A DNA stretch of 64,000 nt from Pseudobdellovibrionaceae bacterium (GTDB lineage Bacteria; Bdellovibrionota; Bdellovibrionia; Bdellovibrionales; JAMPXM01), in contig CANHQR010000013.1 of the NCBI GenBank assembly GCA_947462815.1, positions 3,520-67,519 on the forward strand. Direction: 5' to 3'. The notes below the pieces were generated by a model. The model did no database searches. It was given only the letters and a program-made list of their open reading frames with translations, and was not told the DNA's origin. A program made the position numbers and the translations under genes. Shown here in pieces: positions 17,065-26,418 of this stretch. The first letter of the stretch is position 1. Each line of letters starts with the position of its first letter.

Positions 17065-18642
17065 TCAGAAACCTAATTCGTCTTCGCCAGACTGCGCTTT
17101 CTCGCCCCGAGATCCACTCGCGCGGCGTTTTGGACTATCGCCGTTTGCGAAGCTCTGGGCGAGATCGCGGAGATCGCGGACAAAACGTACGCCCGAAATT
17201 TTCTCAGCCTTGAGCATCGCGGCGAGTTGCTTTTGATTTGAGGCCGGAACAATGAAGCGCTCAAAGCCCAGCTTGCGCGCCTCGCGAAGACGTTGATCTG
17301 CAAAAGTCACGGCTCGCGCTTCACCTGTCAGGCCCAACTCGCCAAAGTAGACGGTCTTCGCATCCAGAGACTCGCCGCGCTCTGAAGAAATCAGCGCGGC
17401 CGCGACGGCGAAATCCGCTGCGGGTTCGTCCAAACTCAAACCGCCGACAACGTTGATGAAGAGATCCGAAGCGTGAAGCTTCATCCCGAGATGTCGATTG
17501 AGAATGGCGGCCAACAAATGCACTCGCTGAGTATCGAAGCCGATGGCTGTGCGTCGGGGTTGCGGAAGCGGAGATGAAATCGTCAAGGCTTGCACTTCGC
17601 AGAGAATGGGTCGCGAGCCTTCCATCGAAGCGAAGACGGCCGAGCCAATCAATTCGCGACCACGCTCCTCCAAAAACATTTCCGATGGATTCGTGACTTC
17701 GACAAGGCCACGGGAGTCCATCGTGAAAACGCCCAACTCGTGCGTGGCGCCGAATCGATTCTTGAGAGCGCGCAACAATCGAAAGGCGTGCGTGGCGTCG
17801 CCTTCAAATGCCAGCACCGTGTCCACCATGTGTTCGAGAACTTTCGGTCCCGCGATTTGGCCTTCCTTGGTGACATGACCAATCACAAATACGGAGATGC
17901 CTTGCGATTTCGCCAAGTGCATGAGCGCCGCCGCGCACTCGCGAACTTGTGTCACCGAGCCTGGAGCGCTTTCAAGATCCGAGCGATAGATCGTTTGGAT
18001 GGAGTCGACAATCAGCACACAAGGCGCGCCGTCGGCTTGGGCTTGGTGAGCCAAGGCCCGATCGCGAATGACTTCAAGTTCGGACTCGGCCGCAAGCCGC
18101 ACACCTGATTGGACGACACCCATGCGTTCGGCGCGAAGTGCAGTTTGGGTCACGCTTTCTTCGCCCGAAATGTAGAGAACCTGTGAACCTCTTTTCGCGA
18201 GGCCTCCGGCCATCTGCATCATGAGAGTGGACTTGCCGATGCCGGGATCGCCACCGACCAACACGAAGCTGCCTTTGACGAGGCCGCCACCTAAGACGCG
18301 GTCCAACTCACTCGAGCCCGTCGGAAGACGCATTTTCGACTCTGTGCTTCCTGAGTGGGCTTGGGCGATGGCGTCTTCGATGCTGAAAGTTAAAGCATTG
18401 GCGGCCGCCCCTGAGCCAATCGCCCAGGCTCGTGGTCCAGATGTCGACGCCGCGCCTGACTTGGCTCCCGAAAGCCCACGCGGCTCGGTTTCGGTAATGC
18501 GTTCTTCCACCAAGGTGTTCCATTCGCCGCAATCCGTGCATCGACCTTCCCAACGCGAGCGTTGGGAACCACAATTTTGACAGACGAAGACGGATTTCGA
18601 TTTCGACTTGGCCATGCGCTTGTGGCTATCATGTTCCTTCAC
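17065..18642 (-). CDS. radA: DNA repair protein RadA/Sms
   Basis: Zinc finger CQNCGSQRSRWEGRCTDCGEW, Walker A GGDPGIGKSTL, KNRFG motif, Lon-like C-domain (GGLSLDEPAADFAVAAA). Alternative start ATG 18615. Confidence 0.92.
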   Translation of the reverse strand: MKEHDSHKRMAKSKSKSVFVCQNCGSQRSRWEGRCTDCGEWNTLVEERITETEPRGLSGAKSGAASTSGPRAWAIGSGAAANALTFSIEDAIAQAHSGSTESKMRLPTGSSELDRVLGGGLVKGSFVLVGGDPGIGKSTLMMQMAGGLAKRGSQVLYISGEESVTQTALRAERMGVVQSGVRLAAESELEVIRDRALAHQAQADGAPCVLIVDSIQTIYRSDLESAPGSVTQVRECAAALMHLAKSQGISVFVIGHVTKEGQIAGPKVLEHMVDTVLAFEGDATHAFRLLRALKNRFGATHELGVFTMDSRGLVEVTNPSEMFLEERGRELIGSAVFASMEGSRPILCEVQALTISSPLPQPRRTAIGFDTQRVHLLAAILNRHLGMKLHASDLFINVVGGLSLDEPAADFAVAAALISSERGESLDAKTVYFGELGLTGEARAVTFADQRLREARKLGFERFIVPASNQKQLAAMLKAEKISGVRFVRDLRDLAQSFANGDSPKRRASGSRGEKAQSGEDELGF

Positions 18643-18659
18643 GAGGAGCCACAGCGAAG

Positions 18660-21326
18660 ATGAGTGATCGTCCAGCCGAGTTTTGCGTCAAGCTGAACTG
18701 GAAAATAGAGCGTGGCGAAGTCGAGCTTCGCCCGCGGCGCATCCGCCGCTCGTCTCACTCCGACCTAGGTACACGTTCGGCATGGTGCTGGGTGGTTGGC
18801 TTAGCGGCGTGGTCCATGAGTCTCTCTGGTAGTTTTTCTCTCAGTCTCTCCGCGGCGCTCGCGACGCCGGCCTCGACGCCGGCCTCGACGCCGGCCGTGG
18901 CGGCCTCGCTGACGAAACTTCGGCCCATCGGGCAAGCGATTCGCACGGGTGACTTGTCGCGCGCGATCGATGAGGCCAAAGCCGCAGGAGATGAGCCCGC
19001 CGCTCGATTGTCTCTCGCCGTGCAACTTCAAAATCGTGGCGAGTGGACGGAAGCTGATGCGGTGCTGGCGCAAATGCTCGAGAATTCTTCGCGAACGAAT
19101 GGGCTTCAACATCAGGCTCGGTTAGCTCGCGCTGAAGGCTTGATCGAGCTCAAGCGTCCTCTTGAGGCACGGCTGCTCTTGGCGAGTATCGTGAACATTT
19201 CTCAGAAGAGTCTTTTGGCTGAAGTTCCCACCGCTCTGCGCGTCCGCGCCATCGTGCTCTTGGCGCGCGTTGAGGCTGGTCAGGAGCGCTGGCGCGATGT
19301 CGAGCGCATCACGTCGACCGCGCTTCGACGCGTGCGTGGTGGCGAAGCCTATCCCGCTCTCGCCTACGAGGCTCTTCGTGCGAAACGCCATCTCGGTAAA
19401 AGTGACTGCCGTCTCGCGCGTGCGCTCTATGCTCGTTATCCGGCTGCCCCAGAAGTTGAAAATTGGGGCCCTTTAATGGCCGAGAACCGTGTCGATGGAT
19501 TGACTCTGGCCTGTTCGAACACGGCGAAGGATCTGCAAGATCGCTTTCGGCGTTTGCAGCTGTCGGGTCAAGGCGACCGCTCTCTGGCGGAGATTCGTAA
19601 AATTCGTGAGCTCGGCGTCTTTGCCGCTTGGTCCACAGATGCGTTTGAGATCAATGCGCTGCTTGCGAAGGGCGAGTCCGACGCCGCGATGGAGATTCTT
19701 GCTCGGCATGCGGACACGCATCGCAGTCACACGGGCTTTTGGATGCTGACGGGTAAGGTCGCTTCGCGAATGGGTGAGTTGGCGCTGAGCGCGGGAGCTT
19801 ACCGTCGCGCTTATGAGATGGCGCCAAAGGCTCGCTCGGCGAGCGATGCGCTCTTTAGTGCGGCCTTCACAGCCTACCAGATGCAAGACTACGACGGCGC
19901 GGAGCGCGACTTCGAAAAACTTGCGACACGCTACGGACGAGCCAAAGTCGCGCGCGATGCGCGCTGGCATTTGGCGTGGATCTCCTATTTGCGCGGTGAC
20001 TATGAACGGGCGCTGACGCGTTGGCAGTCCTTGCTGAAAGAGCGCGCGCGCGGTCGGCGGCGAGTGGCGGCAACAGATGCGACCTCTCCAGATCGGATTT
20101 CTTATTGGAGCGCCATGGCTTTACTGCGACTGGGGCGCAGCTCAGAGGCCATCGAAATCCTTCGTCGGCTCGCGAGTGATCGGAGCATTTCCTATTACGC
20201 GATATTAGCTTGGTATCGGTTGAAATCACTGCCTCAAGCGCCCCGTGTGGATCTCGCGGGGCAAATGAGTTCGGATCTCCAAGCGGCGGAAGGGAAACAA
20301 GATGTGGCTTCGGCTGCCGAGGAAGACGCCGGCGAAGTTGAAACGGAGTCCGAGGCCGAGGCGGCGTTGAGTGAAGCGTCCGTCGAGGTCACGCCAGAAG
20401 CCGCAGCGGATTCTGGCGGCGCTCTGGAGAGCAAGGCGGTGAATGGATCGACAGACGGAGTGTCTTCGGATGCCAACGCTGAGACGAGTGTCGAAGTCAC
20501 CATGGAAGAACCGGCTGCGGATCCAAGTGTGCGAGACCCGAGTTTGCAGCGTCACCTCGATCGAGTTCGTATGCTTCATGCGGTGGGCTTGGATTCACGA
20601 GTTCGCTGGGAGCTCGAGAATCTGGATCGCCGCGTTCGCAACTCGGCCGATCGTCGCTTGATGATGGCGGAGTTGTTCCGTTTGGGACGGTATGATCGCG
20701 CCAGCCAGCTTGCGGAGCTGGCCTTCGGTGGCGAGCGTGTGCGCGGTGGACTTGAGAAAGCCCGGGAACTCTGGGAGTACGCCTTTCCTCGAGCGTGGAA
20801 CGAGGTGGTCGAGCGTGAAGCGCGAAATTCAGGTATCGATCCGCTGTTTGTTTGGTCGATCATGCGAGCCGAGAGTCAGTATCGCTTCGATGCGCGTAGC
20901 CCGGTCGGAGCCACAGGGCTTATGCAGTTGATGCCCTTCACGGCACAGCAGGTTGCGCGTCTTTACATGAGCCGCTCGATGGACGGGATAAATCTCACAG
21001 ACCCCGCAACTAATATCGAATTGGGTGCCCGTTACTTGCGTCGATTGGCTGAGAAGACGGGGGGGAGCTTGCCACTCATGGCGGCGGCCTATAATGCAGG
21101 CCCGCACCGTGCACAGATTTGGCTTCGCGGCTTTGGCTCTCTCGGCATGGATGAGTTCATTGAGCACATCCCATTTGCTGAAACTCGCAATTACGTCAAA
21201 AAGGTTTCGCGGCACTACAAGATCTATCTCGCGCTTTATGAGGGCGATCGCGGTTCGCTGACTTGGCTCACGGGTCCAGTTGGCGTGCGCCCGGACGTGA
21301 GCTCCACCGCTCTCGAAGTTTGGTAA
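18660..21326 (+). CDS. soluble lytic murein transglycosylase (Slt70-like)
   Basis: C-terminal SLT domain WSIMRAESQYRFDARSPVGATGLMQLMPFTA and AAYNAGPHR. Long helical-repeat N-terminal region, acidic linker, signal-like N-terminus. Confidence 0.85.
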   Translation: MSDRPAEFCVKLNWKIERGEVELRPRRIRRSSHSDLGTRSAWCWVVGLAAWSMSLSGSFSLSLSAALATPASTPASTPAVAASLTKLRPIGQAIRTGDLSRAIDEAKAAGDEPAARLSLAVQLQNRGEWTEADAVLAQMLENSSRTNGLQHQARLARAEGLIELKRPLEARLLLASIVNISQKSLLAEVPTALRVRAIVLLARVEAGQERWRDVERITSTALRRVRGGEAYPALAYEALRAKRHLGKSDCRLARALYARYPAAPEVENWGPLMAENRVDGLTLACSNTAKDLQDRFRRLQLSGQGDRSLAEIRKIRELGVFAAWSTDAFEINALLAKGESDAAMEILARHADTHRSHTGFWMLTGKVASRMGELALSAGAYRRAYEMAPKARSASDALFSAAFTAYQMQDYDGAERDFEKLATRYGRAKVARDARWHLAWISYLRGDYERALTRWQSLLKERARGRRRVAATDATSPDRISYWSAMALLRLGRSSEAIEILRRLASDRSISYYAILAWYRLKSLPQAPRVDLAGQMSSDLQAAEGKQDVASAAEEDAGEVETESEAEAALSEASVEVTPEAAADSGGALESKAVNGSTDGVSSDANAETSVEVTMEEPAADPSVRDPSLQRHLDRVRMLHAVGLDSRVRWELENLDRRVRNSADRRLMMAELFRLGRYDRASQLAELAFGGERVRGGLEKARELWEYAFPRAWNEVVEREARNSGIDPLFVWSIMRAESQYRFDARSPVGATGLMQLMPFTAQQVARLYMSRSMDGINLTDPATNIELGARYLRRLAEKTGGSLPLMAAAYNAGPHRAQIWLRGFGSLGMDEFIEHIPFAETRNYVKKVSRHYKIYLALYEGDRGSLTWLTGPVGVRPDVSSTALEVW
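18863..18896 (+). repeat. 12-bp coding tandem repeat (gacgccggcctc x ~2.8) encoding TPAS repeats
   Basis: Read directly from the sequence; lies in the signal/linker region of the transglycosylase ORF. Confidence 0.85.
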
Positions 21327-21371
21327 GCCATCGGCCTCTCAGGGAAGGCCTTGTTGAAAAGGAGTTGGAAG

Positions 21372-23039
21372 ATGACTCGGTTCTCGTCATCGGTTTCTCA
21401 ATGGCGTCCTTGGGCTCTCGACGTTGCGACACTGTTGTCGGCGGTGGTGGTGCTTGTGGGGCTTGTCGGACTTGTTGGTTGCACAGGCCGTCGCGGCGAT
21501 CGCATCGCACTCCCCGAGGGTGGCGAAGCTGTGCTCGCAAAGGCTGAGACGCTGAAGGTGAATCTCACCAGTGAGCCGCCCACTCTCGATTGGAGCAAGG
21601 CAACCGATGTGTCCTCGTCGAAGGTGATCAACAACATCATGGAGGGCTTGGTCGCCTATGATTTGCAGAGCGAGGAGTTGGCGCTTCGACCGGCTCTCGC
21701 GGAGAAATGGTCGTCCGACAAAGCCGCGCGCGTTTGGGAATTTGATTTGCGCGCCGACGTGAAATGGCAAGATGGAGTGGAATTCAGCGGTCAACACGTT
21801 GTCGATGGCTTTCAGCGGCTTCTCGCCAAAGAAACAGGTAGCGAGTACGCTTACTTTCTCTTTGGTATTCAAAACGCCAAGGCCTTTAATCAGGGCCAAT
21901 TGGGATGGGAGCAGGTGGGCGTTAAACTGCTTTCGCCGCGCAAGCTTCAAGTCACCTTAGAAGCGCCGATGAGCTACTTCCCTCACTTGCTCGCGCACAC
22001 GTCGACCTTCCCCGTGCGTTTGGATCTGATTCAGAAGCACGCAACAAAGTGGACAGAGGCTGGCAATCTCGTAGGCCTTGGCCCCTATCGATTGCGAGCT
22101 TGGCGCCACGATCAAGATTTGCTCCTCGAAAAACATGACGGCTACTGGGGGAATCCAAAACCATCCGTTCGCTACGTGCATTTCTTGATGATCAATGAAG
22201 CCAGCACCGCCTTGAATCTCTTTGATGCTGGGACGCTCGACGTTGTCGATCAGATCCCGATCACCGAGCGCAAGCGTCGTCGCCAGCAAAAGGAATACCG
22301 TCGGGTCGGCATGTTGCAGTCTTTGTACTACGGCTTCAATACCGAGCTTGCACCGATGAACAACGCGAAGCTTCGTCGTGCCATCGCGCACGCCATCGAT
22401 CGGGAAAAGATCGTCAAAATTCTCGACGGCGGCGAAGTGCCTCTGACGGGTTGGGTGCCGCCAGGTATGTTCGGTTACTTTAGCGACGTCGGACTCGAGC
22501 ACAATGTCGAGAAGGCCCGCGAACTGTTGGCGGAGGCGGGATATGGAGAGGGTAAAAAACCGCTTCCCAAGCTCGAGCTTCACTTTAATACGAATGAAGT
22601 TCATCAAAGTGTGGCGGAAGCCGTGCAGGCTCAGCTGCGGGAGAATTTGGGTCTGGAGTTGGAACTCAAAAGCGCAGAGTGGAAGTCCTACTTGGACCAA
22701 CTCAAAACGAAACCACCGCATGTGTTTCGCTTTGGATGGCAGGCCGATTATCCCGATCCGGATAACTTCATGAATCTGATGACTTCTTATTCGGACAACA
22801 ATCGCACCCGGTGGAAGAGTACGGCGTACGATGCCCTGATCAAGCGCGGCGCCAGTGAAACGGATCGCGAAAAGCGTCGAGAGATTTATCGGGAGGCCAG
22901 CCGTCTTCTTCTGGAAGACGGTGTTGCTGCCGTACCTTTGTATGCGAATGTCAGTCACATGTTGATTCATCAGCGCGTGGAGAATTATCCAGCCAATGCG
23001 CTGTCAAGATTCGAGTTTAAGGGAACGCGATTGAAATGA
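21372..23039 (+). CDS. ABC transporter substrate-binding lipoprotein, family 5 (peptide/nickel, OppA/DppA-like)
   Basis: Lipobox LVGLVGC, family-5 SBP-like sequence including WQADYPDPDNF, AAAGGAG SD before ATG 21372. Confidence 0.88.
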   Translation: MTRFSSSVSQWRPWALDVATLLSAVVVLVGLVGLVGCTGRRGDRIALPEGGEAVLAKAETLKVNLTSEPPTLDWSKATDVSSSKVINNIMEGLVAYDLQSEELALRPALAEKWSSDKAARVWEFDLRADVKWQDGVEFSGQHVVDGFQRLLAKETGSEYAYFLFGIQNAKAFNQGQLGWEQVGVKLLSPRKLQVTLEAPMSYFPHLLAHTSTFPVRLDLIQKHATKWTEAGNLVGLGPYRLRAWRHDQDLLLEKHDGYWGNPKPSVRYVHFLMINEASTALNLFDAGTLDVVDQIPITERKRRRQQKEYRRVGMLQSLYYGFNTELAPMNNAKLRRAIAHAIDREKIVKILDGGEVPLTGWVPPGMFGYFSDVGLEHNVEKARELLAEAGYGEGKKPLPKLELHFNTNEVHQSVAEAVQAQLRENLGLELELKSAEWKSYLDQLKTKPPHVFRFGWQADYPDPDNFMNLMTSYSDNNRTRWKSTAYDALIKRGASETDREKRREIYREASRLLLEDGVAAVPLYANVSHMLIHQRVENYPANALSRFEFKGTRLK

Positions 23040-23998
23040 GCGGTAAGGGGCTCTACATCCTAAAGCGTCTTGCGGGAGCTTTCGTCACCTTGGCGGTGAT
23101 CGCGACGCTCACATTTACGCTACTGCGGGTGTTACCCGGCGGTCCTTTCGATACAGAGAAGGCTTTGCCCGAAGAAGTGAAGGCGAACATCGAGGCGCGG
23201 TACGGCCTGGACCGACCGGTGCTGGATCAGTACCTGAGTTTCATGGGTGGCATCCTGCGAGGCGATCTGGGTGAGTCGTATAAATATGTCGGTCGAAGTG
23301 TGGCCGATATCATCGGCGAAGCACTTCCGGTCTCGATGGAGTTGGGTCTGATGTCTTTGCTGGTCGCCTACCTGGTGGGAATTCCGTTGGGTGTTTTCGC
23401 GGCCGCTCGGCACAACTCGGCTTTCGATACCGGCGCGATGCTGATCGCAGTGAGTGGTGTGGCGCTTCCAAGTTTCATGGTCGGGCCACTCCTGGTGAGC
23501 ATTTTTAGTTTCGGTATTCCCTTCGCATTTTTACAGGGGAGTTTGCCGCCTGCCCTCTGGGAGAGTCCCGCGCACTACATTTTGCCCGTTTTGACTTTGG
23601 GTCTGAGGCCTGCGGCGATCTTGGCACGGATGACTCGCGGAGCCGTGCTCGAAAGCATCCATCAAGATTTTGTACGAACGGCTCGAGCTAAAGGTGTCAG
23701 CGAGCGTGTCGTGCTTTTCAAACACGTGTTGCGCAATAGCCTCATTCCAATTCTTTCGATTTCAGGTCCCTTAGTTGCGGGCCTTTTGAGCGGGAGCTTT
23801 ATCATCGAAATTATTTTTGCGATTCCCGGCATTGGTAAGCATCTGGTCCAGAGTGTGACCAACCGCGACTACCCTTTAATCTTGGCACTGACCTTGGTTT
23901 TCTCGATGATGTTAGTGGTTGCAAATTTGGTGGTCGATTTGCTCTACGGGTTTGTCGATCCACGTGTACGGCCGGAAAAGTCAGGAGCCGGCGGCTGA
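23036..23998 (+). CDS. ABC transporter permease (OppB/DppB-like)
   Basis: Polytopic membrane protein with EAA-loop region FVRTARAKGVSERVVLFKHVLRNS. ATGA overlap with the SBP stop. Confidence 0.9.
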   Translation: MSGKGLYILKRLAGAFVTLAVIATLTFTLLRVLPGGPFDTEKALPEEVKANIEARYGLDRPVLDQYLSFMGGILRGDLGESYKYVGRSVADIIGEALPVSMELGLMSLLVAYLVGIPLGVFAAARHNSAFDTGAMLIAVSGVALPSFMVGPLLVSIFSFGIPFAFLQGSLPPALWESPAHYILPVLTLGLRPAAILARMTRGAVLESIHQDFVRTARAKGVSERVVLFKHVLRNSLIPILSISGPLVAGLLSGSFIIEIIFAIPGIGKHLVQSVTNRDYPLILALTLVFSMMLVVANLVVDLLYGFVDPRVRPEKSGAGG

Positions 23999-24101
23999 TC
24001 CACGGCGAACGAAGCGGGCCTGATCTTGGGTTGCCGCACATCGCAGCGCCGTTGCGGCAATCAAAAGAGCGCTGACTTTGCGAGAAATAGAAAGGTGCGA
24101 C

Positions 24102-24941
24102 ATGAAGAAATCCAATTCGTCTCGAGCAACAGGCTGGTTGAAAATTCTGGCGATGGGCCTGCTGCTCGCCAATACGGGCTGCGCTTCGTATTTCACTCGT
24201 AAGACTTGTGAGTCGACGAACTGGTTTCAGTACGGAGAAAAAGTCGCCAGTGAGGGCCGTCGTCTTTCGGGCGACGGCTTCATCAATGAGTGTCGTAAAG
24301 TTGAAGCCAACATCAACGAAGCTCAACTCGATCAGGGCTTCAAGCACGGCATGGCGAACTACTGCAAAGTTGAATCGGTTTATGATTTGGGTAAGCGAGG
24401 CGAGTTCTTCACGCAAGAAATGTGTGACGGCGAGAATCTGCGCAAACTCGTCGAGCGCCATAAAGCAGGCGTGAACGACTACTGTCAGAAGTCCAACGGT
24501 TTCACAGCGGGCGCCAAGGGCAAAGCCTACAATCGGATCTGCCCCAAAGAAGTGGAAGCCGCATTTCTGCCGGAGTTCAATCGCGGACGGAAAAAGTACC
24601 TCGGCACGCTCGCCAGCGAAAACGAAAAGCGCATCATCGAGATTGACCGAGAAATCATCGGCCTCGAGCGCGATCGCAACATGAAACAGCTGGAGATGCA
24701 GCGCTTATCCATGCCGACGGGTTTGGCCGTCGAGCGCAAGTACGACCCTGTTTCGGGCTCGTATCGAGAGCAGGTGATCAATCAGATCAGTGAGGATCAA
24801 AAGCGCGCCATCGAAGATATGCGCTGGAAGGTTCAAAGTCTCGACTCGCAGATTTCTCAAAAACGTACCGAGCAATCGAATCTTCGCGAGGAGATTCGTA
24901 AGATCAATCTCGAGATCTCAGGCCTCGACGGGGCGGGCTGA
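24102..24941 (+). CDS. DUF2799-like lipoprotein with C-terminal coiled coil
   Basis: Lipobox-like LLLANTGC. Repeated Cys pattern CESTNWFQYGEKVASEGRR, NYCKVESVYDLGKRGE, DYCQKSNGFTAGAKGKAYNRICP as I recall for DUF2799. Heptad-rich tail. Stop overlaps the next ATG. Confidence 0.65.
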   Translation: MKKSNSSRATGWLKILAMGLLLANTGCASYFTRKTCESTNWFQYGEKVASEGRRLSGDGFINECRKVEANINEAQLDQGFKHGMANYCKVESVYDLGKRGEFFTQEMCDGENLRKLVERHKAGVNDYCQKSNGFTAGAKGKAYNRICPKEVEAAFLPEFNRGRKKYLGTLASENEKRIIEIDREIIGLERDRNMKQLEMQRLSMPTGLAVERKYDPVSGSYREQVINQISEDQKRAIEDMRWKVQSLDSQISQKRTEQSNLREEIRKINLEISGLDGAG

Positions 24942-25900
24942 TGACCGCCGATGGCGAGACCACAAGTTCCTCGCGCACACTGATCGATCGTGAGCGCCTT
25001 GGATCTGGGGTTCGAGCTTGGTCTCAGGCGATTTTCCACTCGCGTGCAGGACGTCGCTTCTTGGCTCACCGTGGGGGTGTGCTGAGTGCCATTTACATTT
25101 TTGTCTTGCTCGCCATGGCGTTGCTCGCACCCTTCGTCGCGCCCTATTCTTTTGAAACGCAAAATATAGATCGCTTGTTGCAGGGGCCATCAGCCGAGCA
25201 TTGGTTTGGTACGGACGCTCTGGGGCGCGATGTTTTTTCGCGCGTGATCTACGGTGCACGGATGTCTATGGCGGTGGGTCTGCTGACGGCTCTCGTCTCG
25301 TTGATCATCGGCGGTGTTTATGGGGCGATCTCTGGATGGGTCGGAGGTTGGCTGGATTCTGTCCTCATGAGATTGGTCGACATTCTCGACTCGATCCCGT
25401 CGCTGGTCCTCTTGATTTTGGTGGGTGTTGTTTTCACGGCTTATCAGCCCTTTGAGAACCCCGAAATTCGCGCCCTGGTGGGAATCCTTCTCGCTCTTTC
25501 CGTTGTGGGTTGGGTGAGTTTGGCGCGCTTGGTTCGCGGTCAAGTTTTGCAGGTTCGCGAGATGCAGTTTGTTGAGTCGGCTCACGCGATTGGAGCCCCA
25601 GGTTCTCGCATCTTGATCCGTCACATCGCGCCCAATATCCTGGGCCCTGTGGTGGTGATGCTCACTTATCAGGTGCCTGCCAACATCCTTTTTGAATCGT
25701 TTCTCAGCTTCGTTGGTCTTGGCCTTCAACCGCCCTACGCCTCTTGGGGAGTTCTCGCCAACGATGGCTGGCGCGCAAAGTCCGATCCCCACCTGATTTT
25801 TTTTCCAGGAGCGGCTTTGTTTGTCACGATGCTTGCGTTTAACTTTTTTGGTGATGCGCTTCGCGATGCTCTCGACCCAAAGGTCGCAAGGTCGCGATAA
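24941..25900 (+). CDS. ABC transporter permease (OppC/DppC-like)
   Basis: Polytopic membrane protein with EAA-loop FVESAHAIGAPGSRILIRHIAPN. TGATG overlap with the upstream lipoprotein gene. Confidence 0.9.
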   Translation: MTADGETTSSSRTLIDRERLGSGVRAWSQAIFHSRAGRRFLAHRGGVLSAIYIFVLLAMALLAPFVAPYSFETQNIDRLLQGPSAEHWFGTDALGRDVFSRVIYGARMSMAVGLLTALVSLIIGGVYGAISGWVGGWLDSVLMRLVDILDSIPSLVLLILVGVVFTAYQPFENPEIRALVGILLALSVVGWVSLARLVRGQVLQVREMQFVESAHAIGAPGSRILIRHIAPNILGPVVVMLTYQVPANILFESFLSFVGLGLQPPYASWGVLANDGWRAKSDPHLIFFPGAALFVTMLAFNFFGDALRDALDPKVARSR

Positions 25901-25925
25901 GTTATTGTAGAATTCGGGAGGTCTC

Positions 25926-26228
25926 ATGGCGAAAGATCCGTTCAAAGCTCTGCGAGCACGCTCGCCGGTGCATGTGCTTGAGTCCATCGGCCGCGCTTTA
26001 CAAGAAGGGCAGACCTCACGCCCTGAGCTCATTGTCGGACTGATTTCCGGGCATAAAATGAATTGCCAGTTGATCGCTACCGAGCCACCACCTGAGCCGC
26101 GTGGAGAGCGCAGCTTCATGTTTTTGTCATTGGACTCGGGCCGCTCGGATCTTTTCTATGTGAGCGCTGAACACATCGAGTATGTGATTGTCCGGCGCGC
26201 TGAGGATTATCTTGAGCAGTTGCCTTAA
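25926..26228 (+). CDS. hypothetical protein
   Basis: 100-aa ORF with GGGAGG 4 nt before the ATG; no recognisable motif. Confidence 0.5.
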   Translation: MAKDPFKALRARSPVHVLESIGRALQEGQTSRPELIVGLISGHKMNCQLIATEPPPEPRGERSFMFLSLDSGRSDLFYVSAEHIEYVIVRRAEDYLEQLP

Positions 26229-26237
26229 GCCGCGAGC

Positions 26238-26414
26238 TCAGTTGGCGGTCACGTAGCTCACGCGAATCTGCGCGACCTCGTCGCCTTCCTCGCCTGATTC
26301 TTTGCTTTCAATGTGAACCTCGGAGATTGCGGATCCTGTGTTGGCCCCATTGGTCAACGTCACCCGCCATACCTCGCGGATCCCCAGATCGTGGTCCACA
26401 CCCGCCCACGTCAC
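26238..26414 (-). CDS. candidate small protein (58 aa, below the ORF-track cutoff)
   Basis: My manual translation of the minus strand gives GTG-TWAGVDHDLGIREVWRVTLTNGANTGSAISEVHIESKESGEEGDEVAQIRVSYVTAN*. It exactly fills the gap between the 25926 ORF and ychF and has G/C-rich third positions. No SD seen. Confidence 0.3.
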   Translation of the reverse strand: MTWAGVDHDLGIREVWRVTLTNGANTGSAISEVHIESKESGEEGDEVAQIRVSYVTAN

Positions 26415-26418
26415 AGGA

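Noticed and set aside
21957-22970. Long antisense ORFs opposite recognisable genes. Examples: 21957-22970, 25190-26119, 26932-27801, 29393-30325, 7604-8323, 12668-13375, 53754-54506, 61054-61887, 35634-36275, 49947-50630.
   Set aside because: Each lies opposite a gene with clear family motifs. Their translations are Arg/Ser/Gly-rich with no motifs. They are typical shadow ORFs of GC-rich DNA.
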